From positions 1,114 through 65,113 of the forward strand of contig JASJDZ010000005.1 of assembly GCA_030065575.1 (NCBI GenBank): a stretch of 64,000 nt of DNA, read 5' to 3'. Below are positions 32,001-39,729 of this stretch, piece by piece. A model generated the notes under the pieces. It was not told the origin of the DNA, searched no databases, and saw only the letters and a list, made by a program, of their open reading frames with translations. The stretch is from Acidimicrobiia bacterium (GTDB lineage: Bacteria > Actinomycetota > Acidimicrobiia > Spongiisociales > UBA5794). The first letter of the stretch is position 1; every line of letters starts with the position of its first letter. The position numbers and the translations under genes were made by a program.

Positions 32001-32256
32001 CGGGGCGCTGCTGCTGGCCTACTCATTTGCCCGCCCGGTTGTTGCGCCGAACGTCGGGTGTCTGCGTGGCCTGGTGGATGACAGCACCGGAGTTGTCTTC
32101 GACCGCAACGGTGGAACTATCGCTTTGCAGAACGCAATGCTGTCGGCTCGCCAGCTCGACGACGGCCACGGTGCAGCGGCTTACGAGCGAGCTGCCGATC
32201 TTCACTACCTCAGTATCAGCCGACGATTCAGCGAGATCATCGACGGTCTGTTCTAG
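29017..32256 (+). CDS. Giant fusion protein: class I SAM methyltransferase, ~125-aa coiled coil, CgeB-like GT-B module, GT4-like GT-B module
   Basis: VLDLGSGPGIVSARL SAM motif. Heptad-rich Glu/Arg/Ala/Leu segment at nt ~29695..30075. LFEAVASGAIVLTN (Glyco_trans_1_2-like). C-terminal LLLVGKPG...VVLPYQTALNSGALLLAYSFARPVVAPNVG. GTGA overlap with the preceding GT2. Confidence 0.85.
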   Translation: MTYEYDFDPAEPNNTAAAVYRQALRGGNRVLDLGSGPGIVSARLTANDGREVVCVDRSAEALEAARRRGIESVVEADLADPAWVDSVPGGEFDVIIMADVLEHLVDPAALLQCIADRNLLTGDGKLVISIPNAGHEAVLAELMRGRFTYEETGLLDSTHLRFFTLASLRELLERSGFFITTVERTRRTAEQTSLAVRDVTLPADLRDRVLEAAAEAQTYQFIVSARHADAAAELADVREDLRIVRAQLAEQDRVAVANEESDLRAERDAATARAAASQREQERLELEKRQIEHRLSEVESALDRERKLTAAERKRCEELLKSAKRQAAAAPSTEASRTIARLEKQLDDIYASNTWRVGRAAWTAFHAPARLLRKWRRSPETSSAAPSGPAAVQNPADYHLSEDIAVRREYERALARTEFSGTKRNVAFAVYTTDLDEGRGDLFTAVGLGRELERNGFEVVYLPQEQWYELPPSTEIVVAMLETFDCSRAPAEVTKVAWIRNQTDVWIRQACLPLFDIVLASSEATRQRVASTYPGPMAVLPIGVDVELFRGEADPEGRHGVVATVNQWGREREVHGFLKERKPDFELALFGQQRGMAAELLPYAQGPVSFFSLPSLYRQASVVLDDFNHTTAPYGNVNSRLFEAVASGAIVLTNRGAGLSVLGLEEVGVFSTARELFELIDQNLESADAFAAVETLQQTVLERHSYKQRAIEFQQHLASMADHPVDDAVVISYYPDYRDNPFTEMLWSDLRSRRSIAIPVGNDLSFTATVRAGEHRPTVFHLNWTAPILGGATDEHDRLVRHRRFLEAIDEMHERGIPSVWTVHNVLPHECADPELEAQLRQEIADRVDIIHVMCEQTIAACADWYQLPDSKVRVIPHPGYIDVYPNLFDRSAARRELGIGDEEFVYLCFGQVRPYKGIDRLLDAFENVAQLDTTARLLLVGKPGRFEGIRQIVDRARAHPQITGCLNPIPDSDVQLYLNAANAVVLPYQTALNSGALLLAYSFARPVVAPNVGCLRGLVDDSTGVVFDRNGGTIALQNAMLSARQLDDGHGAAAYERAADLHYLSISRRFSEIIDGLF

Positions 32257-32298
32257 CCAGTTCTCGTCCGGCAGGTGGTTCGGGCTCGAAGAACGGGT

Positions 32299-32745
32299 AT
32301 GCAGAGAGAGTCAGTCTGGGATTATCCACGGCCACCGGCCGTTGAGGGCACAGCCAAGCGAATTCGGGTTGTTCTCAACGATGTCGCAATCGTGGACACG
32401 ACCGATGCTTATCGCGTGCTCGAAACTAGCCACCCCCCGGTCTACTACCTACCGCGCAACGCGCTTGCCAACGTCGATCTCGTGCCCAACTCGCGGCGCA
32501 CCTTCTGCGAGTTCAAGGGAGTTGCTCACTACTGGGACATCAGGGTGGGAAACCGCTTCGTCCCTGCCGCCGCGTGGTCGTACCCGAGCCCTACCTCGGG
32601 CTACGAAGCCCTGGTGGATCGCCTGGCCTTCTATCCGAGCAAGATGGACGAGTGCTGGGTCGGCGACCAGTTGGCGACACCTCAGAAGAGCGACTTCTAC
32701 GGCGGATGGATTACGCCGGAGATCGACGGTCCGTTCAAGAGCTGA
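32299..32745 (+). CDS. DUF427 domain protein (alternative GTG start 32275)
   Basis: ESVWDYPRPP...ETSHPPVYYLP...FCEFKGVAHYWD...AWSYP pattern as I remember for DUF427. Confidence 0.75.
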   Translation: MQRESVWDYPRPPAVEGTAKRIRVVLNDVAIVDTTDAYRVLETSHPPVYYLPRNALANVDLVPNSRRTFCEFKGVAHYWDIRVGNRFVPAAAWSYPSPTSGYEALVDRLAFYPSKMDECWVGDQLATPQKSDFYGGWITPEIDGPFKS

Positions 32746-34090
32746 TTTCTATCACCCGGTAGTCGACGACACCGGCGAAGTACATAGTGCCGCCGGGGCC
32801 CACGTAGTAGGCAGCCCGCGGAGAATCGGCATTGAGCTTGGCGGTGACATCGTTGTACGCCACTTCGGCGGTCTCCTGACCGGCGGCCATCTCGACTACC
32901 ACGTACACCCCGTCAGCTGTGTCCAACTCGAGGCGTTCGCCGGTCTCCCGGGTGCCTTGCTCAGATGACTGGAAGCTGTCGGCGAATGCGGCAAGGAAAT
33001 CTGCAGCAAGGTCGCGACCCAGGACTATGTCGTGCACCGAGCGTTGCACCGAGACATGGATGATCGTTGTGGCAGCTTCGAGGTCATTCCACATGTGCCC
33101 GCCGGCGGGATTGGTTTCCGCAATGAAGGCTGCCTGCTCGAAGTACGGCGCAAGCATCGGGGTCAGGGCCCAGCCGTAGGAATCGTGCATCACCAGCGAA
33201 CGGCCGGTGACCACCGGGGCGGTTGCCGTGAAGTCCACCGCAACCACGCTGTCGTACTCCGTCCCGGCAGCTGTCAGTAATGGCCTTGTCGCCCGTGTGT
33301 GCTCCGAGCCCGGGATTACCACGTCTAGGTCGGTGCTCTCCTCCGTGGCAGGGAGGCCAAGTAGCACGGTCAGGTCGCCCTCGTGCTCGACGGTTGCCGT
33401 CTCCGTGATTACCTCATCGGACCAGCCCCCGGGAGTGAGCCTTTCGACAATCGCTTCGGCCATGATCCCGGCACCCTCGTTGGTCCAATGCGTGTCGAGC
33501 CGGAAGTAGATGGGCCGTTCGTTGGCTCGCGCCGTGCTCATCTCGTCCCACACTGTGATCAGATTGTCCGGACTATCGAGAGCCGCAAGCGCAAGGGCAT
33601 TCTCGTCGACGCACGTGTCGTCGTCGGGCAGGAAGTCGGGGATGATGGTGGCCTTGTCCGGAGCGACTGCGAAGACGAGGTCGCGTCCCGTTGCCGCAAC
33701 GATCGCCGTCGCCCGGCTGAGGCTATCGACGACCGTGTCCAACTCGGCACTCGTCAGACAGGGGCGGTCGAGAGACAACGTGTAGTAGAGCCACCCGTTG
33801 GTGCCGATGGTGACTTCGGGATTCGGGTTGTCGCCGATGGCAACATCGGTCCAGGCCTCGGCCGCCACTGCGGTCGGGGCGATGATCAGCGAGTCCTCCA
33901 GATACTGATCGAGCTGAGGGGTCAGCTCTCGGTCCAGGATTCCCTCAACGGTGATCTCAGGCAGGGGAGTCGGCGGCCGGTTCTGATTTGGCTCCGGGCG
34001 CATGCCGATGGCGAACACGATCACGGGGACCGTGATCAACGCGACGAAGATCAGAGCGATGATCTTGGCTTCGAACTTCTTCACATGCAC
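32735..34090 (-). CDS. AlgX/AlgJ-like (SGNH-like, DxHW motif) extracytoplasmic O-acetyltransferase partner, N-terminal membrane anchor
   Basis: One N-terminal TM helix. YFRLDTHWTNEG motif. GTG start 1 nt after the stop of the MBOAT gene. Confidence 0.75.
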   Translation of the reverse strand: MHVKKFEAKIIALIFVALITVPVIVFAIGMRPEPNQNRPPTPLPEITVEGILDRELTPQLDQYLEDSLIIAPTAVAAEAWTDVAIGDNPNPEVTIGTNGWLYYTLSLDRPCLTSAELDTVVDSLSRATAIVAATGRDLVFAVAPDKATIIPDFLPDDDTCVDENALALAALDSPDNLITVWDEMSTARANERPIYFRLDTHWTNEGAGIMAEAIVERLTPGGWSDEVITETATVEHEGDLTVLLGLPATEESTDLDVVIPGSEHTRATRPLLTAAGTEYDSVVAVDFTATAPVVTGRSLVMHDSYGWALTPMLAPYFEQAAFIAETNPAGGHMWNDLEAATTIIHVSVQRSVHDIVLGRDLAADFLAAFADSFQSSEQGTRETGERLELDTADGVYVVVEMAAGQETAEVAYNDVTAKLNADSPRAAYYVGPGGTMYFAGVVDYRVIEISS

Positions 34091-34091
34091 C

Positions 34092-35510
34092 TCAGAACTG
34101 GTAATACAAGAAAGGGCTGAATGATCCGCTGGCGACGACGATCATCACGTACGGGAGGGCAACGGCCACTTCGGCAATACGGACGGCGGCACCGCGAACT
34201 CCCCGCCAACCGGTGACCAGCAAGCCGCCGACCAGGTTCCCCGGGAGGAAAACTGAGGCAACGCCGAGACCCATGGCAACGATGGCGCGCGTATCGATGG
34301 CAGCCGTCACGGCTTCGGGCGTGATACCTCCTAGTGTGAACATCGCTCCGAGATACTCCCAGGCGAAGGTTGCATTCGGGCTCCGGAACACGACCCACCC
34401 GACCATCACCGCCAGCAGGGTGATTGCCCGGCGTAGCGGGGCCCACCTGACCTCTCCGTCGACCGACCGCTGCCCGGTGAGCCTCTCGGCCACGAGCCAT
34501 CCACCGTGATAGACGCCCCACAGGAGGAAGGTCCAGTTGGCGCCGTGCCAGATGCCGGCGAGCACAAAGACGGTCCAGAGGTTGGCCATCGTCCTCACCG
34601 AACTCCCTCGCGATCCCCCCAGCGGGATGTACACGTAGTCGCGGAACCAGTTGGAGAGCGTGATGTGCCAGCGGCGCCAGAAGTCGGTAATGGAAACGGC
34701 CGAATAGGGACGGCGGAAGTTCTCCGGGAAGTCGAAACCCAGCATGGTGCCGAGGCCGATTGCCATGTCGGAATACCCCGAGAAGTCGAAGTAGATCTGG
34801 ACGGTGTAGGCGGCAACGCCAAGCCACGCTCCGGCGGGCCCGAGCCCGGCAGCTTCAGCGGCGAACGCGGCATCGGCGATCGGGGCAACCGCGTCGGCGA
34901 TCAGGACCTTCTTGGCAAGACCGTGCGCAAACCTCGCCGCCCCGGAGGCGAATCGCTCGATGGAGAGGACACGGTCCTGGAGCTGGTCGGAGATCTCGTG
35001 GAAACGGACAATCGGACCGGCCACCAGCTGGGGGAACAAGGTCACGTAGAGCCCGAAATCCAGGATATTGCGGAGGTGCTCAACCCTTCCCCGCGACACA
35101 TCGATCGTGTAAGACATCGACTGGAACGTGAAGAACGAAATCCCGATCGGTAGCACCACCGATGTCCAGGCGATGTCGCCGAAGCCGAGCGAGTTCAGTT
35201 GCTCAACGAAGAAGTTGGCGTACTTGAAATACGACAGAAGCCCGAGGTTGACCAGCACGGATCCGGCCACGCCGAAGCGAACCAGAGTGCGTCTGTTGGT
35301 GCGTACTCCCGTGCCGACGATCCAACCCATGGCAAAGTCGACAACCGTCGAAATCACCAGCAGCAAGACGAGGGCGCCGCCTCCCCAGGTGTAGAAAACC
35401 AGAGATGAGAGCAGCAGCCAGCCATTCCTGAGACGTCGGCCGATCAGGTAATAGCCGCCCAAGCAGATGGGGAGGAAGAAGAACAGGAAAGTGACTGACG
35501 AGAAGACCAT
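34092..35510 (-). CDS. MBOAT family membrane O-acyltransferase (AlgI/DltB/PatA type)
   Basis: 472 aa, about 10 hydrophobic spans, conserved FWRRWHITLSNWFRDYVYIPLGGSR histidine region. Confidence 0.9.
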   Translation of the reverse strand: MVFSSVTFLFFFLPICLGGYYLIGRRLRNGWLLLSSLVFYTWGGGALVLLLVISTVVDFAMGWIVGTGVRTNRRTLVRFGVAGSVLVNLGLLSYFKYANFFVEQLNSLGFGDIAWTSVVLPIGISFFTFQSMSYTIDVSRGRVEHLRNILDFGLYVTLFPQLVAGPIVRFHEISDQLQDRVLSIERFASGAARFAHGLAKKVLIADAVAPIADAAFAAEAAGLGPAGAWLGVAAYTVQIYFDFSGYSDMAIGLGTMLGFDFPENFRRPYSAVSITDFWRRWHITLSNWFRDYVYIPLGGSRGSSVRTMANLWTVFVLAGIWHGANWTFLLWGVYHGGWLVAERLTGQRSVDGEVRWAPLRRAITLLAVMVGWVVFRSPNATFAWEYLGAMFTLGGITPEAVTAAIDTRAIVAMGLGVASVFLPGNLVGGLLVTGWRGVRGAAVRIAEVAVALPYVMIVVASGSFSPFLYYQF

Positions 35511-35520
35511 TGGCTATGTG

Positions 35521-35526
35521 AGACTA
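35521..35526 (-). promoter_or_regulatory. -10-like hexamer TAGTCT, 10 nt upstream of the MBOAT ATG (35510)
   Basis: Plus strand AGACTA. Spacing slightly long for a strictly leaderless transcript. Confidence 0.25.
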
Positions 35527-35629
35527 CGCGTTGACTAGTGCGTCCCTGAGGATTGCCTTCGGTCGGCAGGCCGCTCCGCCTTACCGATTCACATTTGTGC
35601 CGAACTCAGCTTCATTACGGCCTCCTGAT

Positions 35630-35671
35630 ATCAACTGCGCCGAAGATCACCGGCGGTAGTAGATCAACTGC
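35630..35671 (+). repeat. Direct repeat ATCAACTGC x2 (35630..35638 and 35663..35671), 33 bp apart, upstream of cysD
   Basis: Read directly. The second copy sits where a -35 element for TAATCT (35687..35692) would lie (TCAACT, 17-bp spacer). Confidence 0.5.
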
Positions 35672-35686
35672 CTCCCCACCAGCCAC

Positions 35687-35692
35687 TAATCT
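35687..35692 (+). promoter_or_regulatory. -10-like hexamer TAATCT, 10 nt upstream of cysD ATG
   Basis: TAATCT-ccggacggct-ATG. Confidence 0.25.
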
Positions 35693-35702
35693 CCGGACGG
35701 CT

Positions 35703-36611
35703 ATGTCGTCCTACCGCCTTTCGCACCTCAGTGCGCTCGAAGCCGAAAGCGTCCATATCATCAGGGAAGCCGTTGCCGAAGGGGAACGTCCCGTCCTGCT
35801 GTTCTCCGGCGGCAAGGACTCGGCGGTCCTGCTGTGGCTGGCCATGAAAGCGTTTCATCCTGCCCGGTTGCCCTTCCCCGTCATGCACGTGGACACAGGG
35901 CACAATTTCCCCGAGGTGCTGGATTTCCGGGATCGAGTTGTCGCCGGGCTGGGAGCCGAATTGGTCGTTGCCTCCGTGCAGGAGGCGATCGACGAGGGAC
36001 GCGTGGTCGAGGAAACCGGTCCCCGCGCCAGCCGCAACCGGCTGCAGACCGAGCCCCTCCTGAAGGCAATCACCGACAACAGATTCGACGTTGTCTTCGG
36101 TGGCGGCCGACGCGACGAGGAGAAGGCAAGAGCCAAGGAGCGAGTCTTCTCGTTCCGCGACGAGTTTGGGCAGTGGGATCCGAAGAATCAGCGGCCTGAA
36201 CTGTGGAGCCTCTACAACGGTCGGCATCGTGTCGGTGAGCACCTGCGGGTCTTCCCCATCTCCAACTGGACCGAGGCCGACATCTGGCAGTACATCGAGC
36301 GGGAGAACATCGAGTTGCCATCCGTCTATTTCTCGCATCGGAGAATGGTGTTTGAGCGCGACGGCATGCTCATGGCCGACTCGGATCACATCGAGCGGTT
36401 CGATCATGAGCAGGTGTTCGAGGCTGTTGTGCGCTTCCGTACCGTGGGGGACATGTCGTGCACCGGCGGGTTTGCGTCGACAGCGGCGACCGTCGCCGAG
36501 ATCATTGCCGAGGTCTCGGCCTCGAGAATCACCGAGCGGGGAGCGAGCCGCGCCGACGATCTGACTGCCGAGGCTGCCATGGAGGACCGCAAGCGGGAGG
36601 GTTATTTCTGA
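35703..36611 (+). CDS. cysD: Sulfate adenylyltransferase subunit 2
   Basis: ATG at 35703. LLFSGGKDS PP-loop and conserved C-terminal RADDL...MEDRKREGYF. Confidence 0.93.
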   Translation: MSSYRLSHLSALEAESVHIIREAVAEGERPVLLFSGGKDSAVLLWLAMKAFHPARLPFPVMHVDTGHNFPEVLDFRDRVVAGLGAELVVASVQEAIDEGRVVEETGPRASRNRLQTEPLLKAITDNRFDVVFGGGRRDEEKARAKERVFSFRDEFGQWDPKNQRPELWSLYNGRHRVGEHLRVFPISNWTEADIWQYIERENIELPSVYFSHRRMVFERDGMLMADSDHIERFDHEQVFEAVVRFRTVGDMSCTGGFASTAATVAEIIAEVSASRITERGASRADDLTAEAAMEDRKREGYF

Positions 36612-37873
36612 TGTCGGTAGAACTCGTCCGCCTCGCCACGACCGGTTCTGTCGATGACGGCAAGAGCACCCTGATTGGACGGATGCTCTACGACACCAAG
36701 CAGATCTTCCAGGATCAGATGGAGGCCATCGAACTGGCCAGCAAGAACCGGGGCACGGACTACGTCGACCTCGCCCTGCTGACCGATGGATTGCGGGCCG
36801 AGCGGGAGCAGGGAATCACCATCGATGTCGCCTACAGGTACTTCGCCACCCCGAAGCGCAAGTTTGTACTGGCGGATACCCCCGGTCACATCCAGTACAC
36901 CCGCAACATGGTGACTGGAGCATCGACCGCCGATATCGCTCTCGTGCTGGTCGACGCCCGGGCGGGCATCCTCGAGCAGACGAGGCGCCATGCCTTCATC
37001 GCCTCGTTGCTGCGGGTGCCGCACCTGGTTTTGTGCGTCAACAAGATGGACCTCGTCGACTACTCCGAGGAGCGCTACAACGAGATAGTCGAGGAGTTCA
37101 CCGAGTTCGCCACTCGCCTCGACATCCACGACCTGAGGTTTGTGCCGGTTTCTGCACTTCATGGCGACAATGTTGTCGATGAGTCGGAGCGGACACCGTG
37201 GTACGCCGGGCCTTCGGTGCTGCATCTCCTGGAGAACATCTATGTGGCATCAGACCGCAATCTGATCGACGTGCGTTTCCCGGTCCAGTATGTGGTTCGC
37301 CCGCATCGAATGGAGTATCAGGACTACCGCGGCTATGCCGGCACGGTGGTCGGCGGTGTTCTCAAGCCCGGGGACGATGTGCGCGTTCTCCCGTCCGGGT
37401 TCGAAGGCAAGATCAAAGGCATCGACACCTACGACGGCCCGGTAGATGAAGCGGTACCTCCGATGTCGGTGACGATCCGGTTGGAGAACGACCTCGACAT
37501 TTCGCGCGGGGACATGATCTGCCGACCGCACAACCAGCCAGAGGTCGGGCAGGACATCGACGCAATGGTGTGCTGGCTGACCGACGCCTCGTCGCTGCGA
37601 CGCGGTGCCAAGTACGCCATCAAGCACACAACACGATGGGCCCGGGCCCTGGTGGGTGACCTTCGCTACCGATTGGACATCAACACCCTGCACCGTGACG
37701 AGGAAGCCGACCTTCTTTCGCTCAACGAGATCGGTCGCATCCGGTTACGTACCACCCAACCGCTCTTCTACGACGAGTACCGGCGCAACCGTGAGACCGG
37801 GTCATTCATCCTTGTGGACGAGAGCACGAATGCGACCGTGGCTGCGGGCATGATTCTCGGGGCTGCGCAGTGA
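36611..37873 (+). CDS. cysN: Sulfate adenylyltransferase subunit 1 (GTPase), without a fused APS kinase
   Basis: TGATG junction with cysD. G1 GSVDDGKST, G3 DTPGH, G4 NKMD. Confidence 0.93.
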   Translation: MSVELVRLATTGSVDDGKSTLIGRMLYDTKQIFQDQMEAIELASKNRGTDYVDLALLTDGLRAEREQGITIDVAYRYFATPKRKFVLADTPGHIQYTRNMVTGASTADIALVLVDARAGILEQTRRHAFIASLLRVPHLVLCVNKMDLVDYSEERYNEIVEEFTEFATRLDIHDLRFVPVSALHGDNVVDESERTPWYAGPSVLHLLENIYVASDRNLIDVRFPVQYVVRPHRMEYQDYRGYAGTVVGGVLKPGDDVRVLPSGFEGKIKGIDTYDGPVDEAVPPMSVTIRLENDLDISRGDMICRPHNQPEVGQDIDAMVCWLTDASSLRRGAKYAIKHTTRWARALVGDLRYRLDINTLHRDEEADLLSLNEIGRIRLRTTQPLFYDEYRRNRETGSFILVDESTNATVAAGMILGAAQ

Positions 37874-38472
37874 GCGAGAATCTGACGTGGCACGATGGTG
37901 CGGTTAGCCGCGAGCAACGGGAGCGCATCACCGGAGGCCCGGGCGTGACGATCTGGTTGACCGGACTACCCGGCAGCGGGAAGTCGTCAGTGGCGGATGG
38001 AGCCGCTGCCGTCATGGCAGATCGGGGTCGTGCCGCCTACACGCTCGATGGGGACAACATCCGGCACGGGCTCAATGCTGGGCTCGGATTCTCAGTTGCC
38101 GATCGTGCCGAGAATGTGCGCCGGATCGGCGAGGTCGCCCGCCTCATGGCCGATGCCGGCCTCGTCGTCCTGGTACCGGTGATCAGCCCGTATCGCCGCG
38201 ATCGGGCTGCGGTGCGGCAGGCCCACGGAGCAGCGGGGCTTCCTTTCGGCGAGGTGCACGTGGCTACGCCTCTCGCCGAGTGTGAGCGGCGCGACCCGAA
38301 AGGGCTGTATGTCCGCGCCCGTCGTGGTGAGCTGCCCGGGCTTACCGGAGTCGACGATCCCTACGAAGATCCGGTCGAACCAGAGTGCATCATCGGCCGC
38401 GGGGAGACGATCGCAGAGTCGGTCGAGATGGTTGTTGCGCTGATCGATCGCCTTTCCGACGCCGGGCAATAG
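37870..38472 (+). CDS. cysC: Adenylylsulfate (APS) kinase
   Basis: GTGA overlap with cysN. P-loop GLPGSGKSS and LDGDNIRHGLN motif. Confidence 0.92.
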   Translation: MSENLTWHDGAVSREQRERITGGPGVTIWLTGLPGSGKSSVADGAAAVMADRGRAAYTLDGDNIRHGLNAGLGFSVADRAENVRRIGEVARLMADAGLVVLVPVISPYRRDRAAVRQAHGAAGLPFGEVHVATPLAECERRDPKGLYVRARRGELPGLTGVDDPYEDPVEPECIIGRGETIAESVEMVVALIDRLSDAGQ

Positions 38473-38510
38473 GGGACGTCCGCGCTCTGCTCTTGCACCG
38501 AACTCAGGTC

Positions 38511-38837
38511 ATGACAGCTATTCGCATTCTGGCGTGGTTCGTCGTTGCCGCCATGGTGGCTGCTATCGGCTACGCATTCGCAACCGGGAGTTTCTCCGAA
38601 GAGGGATCAACGATCATCGGCCTCGCCTGGGGCAAGGTCACCCTCATTGACCTGTACCTCGGATTCGTCATGTTCGGCGCCTGGATCGCATTCAGGGAGA
38701 AGAGCATCCCGGTAATCGCCGGATGGTGGGTCGCCCTGGCAGTGCTCGGCAACCTGACTGCGGGCATCTACCTGGCGGTTGCAGCGAGCCGGGCGAATAG
38801 CGTCGAAGAGGTCTTGCTGGGAGCCAAGCGGGCTTGA
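38511..38837 (+). CDS. Small membrane protein, DUF1475-like
   Basis: 108 aa from ATG 38511 with three or four hydrophobic helices (LIDLYLGFVMFGAWIAFRE...). Family assignment is from memory only. Confidence 0.6.
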   Translation: MTAIRILAWFVVAAMVAAIGYAFATGSFSEEGSTIIGLAWGKVTLIDLYLGFVMFGAWIAFREKSIPVIAGWWVALAVLGNLTAGIYLAVAASRANSVEEVLLGAKRA

Positions 38838-38838
38838 A

Positions 38839-39636
38839 TCAGGAGGCGCGAGGCTGACAGGTCTCGCACCACCAGAGCGTCCTGTTGGCCATTTCTCCCG
38901 ATGAAATCGGTCCGCCGCACACCCAGCACGGGTAGCGGTCGCGCTTGTACACGTAGAGACGGTCTACCGCGTTCCTTCGCTTTGCTCGTCGCGGCACCGT
39001 GGTGATCTTCCCCTCTTTCACTCCCTTACGGAGCAAGCGCACGCTGGTCGTCCAGATCTCTGTCGCCTGGTCGCCGGTGATTTTGTTGGCGGGGATCGCC
39101 GGGTGGATGCCGGTTAGGAAGAGGGCCTCGGCACGGTAGATGTTGCCCAGGCCGGCCACAACTGCCTGGTCGATGATGGCAGCCCCGACCGGGATCGAAC
39201 GGCGGGCAAGCTTGTCGATGAAGACGGAGGCGTTGTGGCCCCGTCTTCCGGCCTGCAGCGGGTCGGGGCCGAGGCGGGAGCGGATGGCCTCTTCGCCGGA
39301 TGGTTCGACCAGTTCGCAGACGGTGGGGCCGGCCAGGTGGATGGTTGTCTCCTCGGTGCTCAGGGTCAGCCGCGTGTTGGGTGTCGGCGCTCCGGGAGTG
39401 CCGCGAAAGACCCGGTACTTCCCGTAGAGCCCGAGGTGGATGTGCAGGGTTTCCGCCCGCTCCCACTTGTAGAAGAGGTGCTTGCCGTGCGCTTGGACAT
39501 CCAACAGTCGTCGCCCGCTGAGCCGGGCGGCACCGCGGGCGAACCGTCCCTGCGGAGACGCAGCCGCAACAATCTGCCCGGCGAGTAGCTCCCGGTGCCG
39601 ATTGGCGTGGCGGAGAATGGAATGTCCTTCAGGCAT
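38839..39636 (-). CDS. nei: Fpg/Nei family DNA glycosylase (endonuclease VIII-like)
   Basis: N-terminal MPEGH (Pro2/Glu3), H2TH region (GLGNIYRAEALF), C-terminal zinc finger CWVCGG...CETCQ. Confidence 0.85.
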   Translation of the reverse strand: MPEGHSILRHANRHRELLAGQIVAAASPQGRFARGAARLSGRRLLDVQAHGKHLFYKWERAETLHIHLGLYGKYRVFRGTPGAPTPNTRLTLSTEETTIHLAGPTVCELVEPSGEEAIRSRLGPDPLQAGRRGHNASVFIDKLARRSIPVGAAIIDQAVVAGLGNIYRAEALFLTGIHPAIPANKITGDQATEIWTTSVRLLRKGVKEGKITTVPRRAKRRNAVDRLYVYKRDRYPCWVCGGPISSGEMANRTLWWCETCQPRAS

Positions 39637-39659
39637 GAGAGAAGAGTTGGGAAGAGGGT

Positions 39660-39678
39660 GGCAACGAAGATAGTTGCC
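39660..39678. promoter_or_regulatory. Inverted repeat GGCAAC-N7-GTTGCC whose spacer carries a minus-strand TATCTT -10-like hexamer (upstream of nei, in the nei/wzm divergent region)
   Basis: Read directly. Same 6-N7-6 geometry and CAAC/GTTG core as the repeat at 52385..52403. Confidence 0.3.
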
Positions 39679-39714
39679 GCGACGCCCAAGAAACCCGAAG
39701 GACGGCCTTGCACC

Positions 39715-39720
39715 TATAAT
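39715..39720 (+). promoter_or_regulatory. Perfect TATAAT hexamer, 9 nt upstream of the ATG of the ABC permease gene
   Basis: TATAAT-cccgcacct-ATG with no SD-like sequence. Conspicuous in a GC-rich context. Confidence 0.45.
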
Positions 39721-39729
39721 CCCGCACCT

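Noticed and set aside
34081-34827. 248-aa minus-strand ORF in an alternative frame of the MBOAT gene
   Set aside because: The MBOAT frame has the conserved histidine region and hydrophobic spans. The alternative frame is Arg/Pro-rich.
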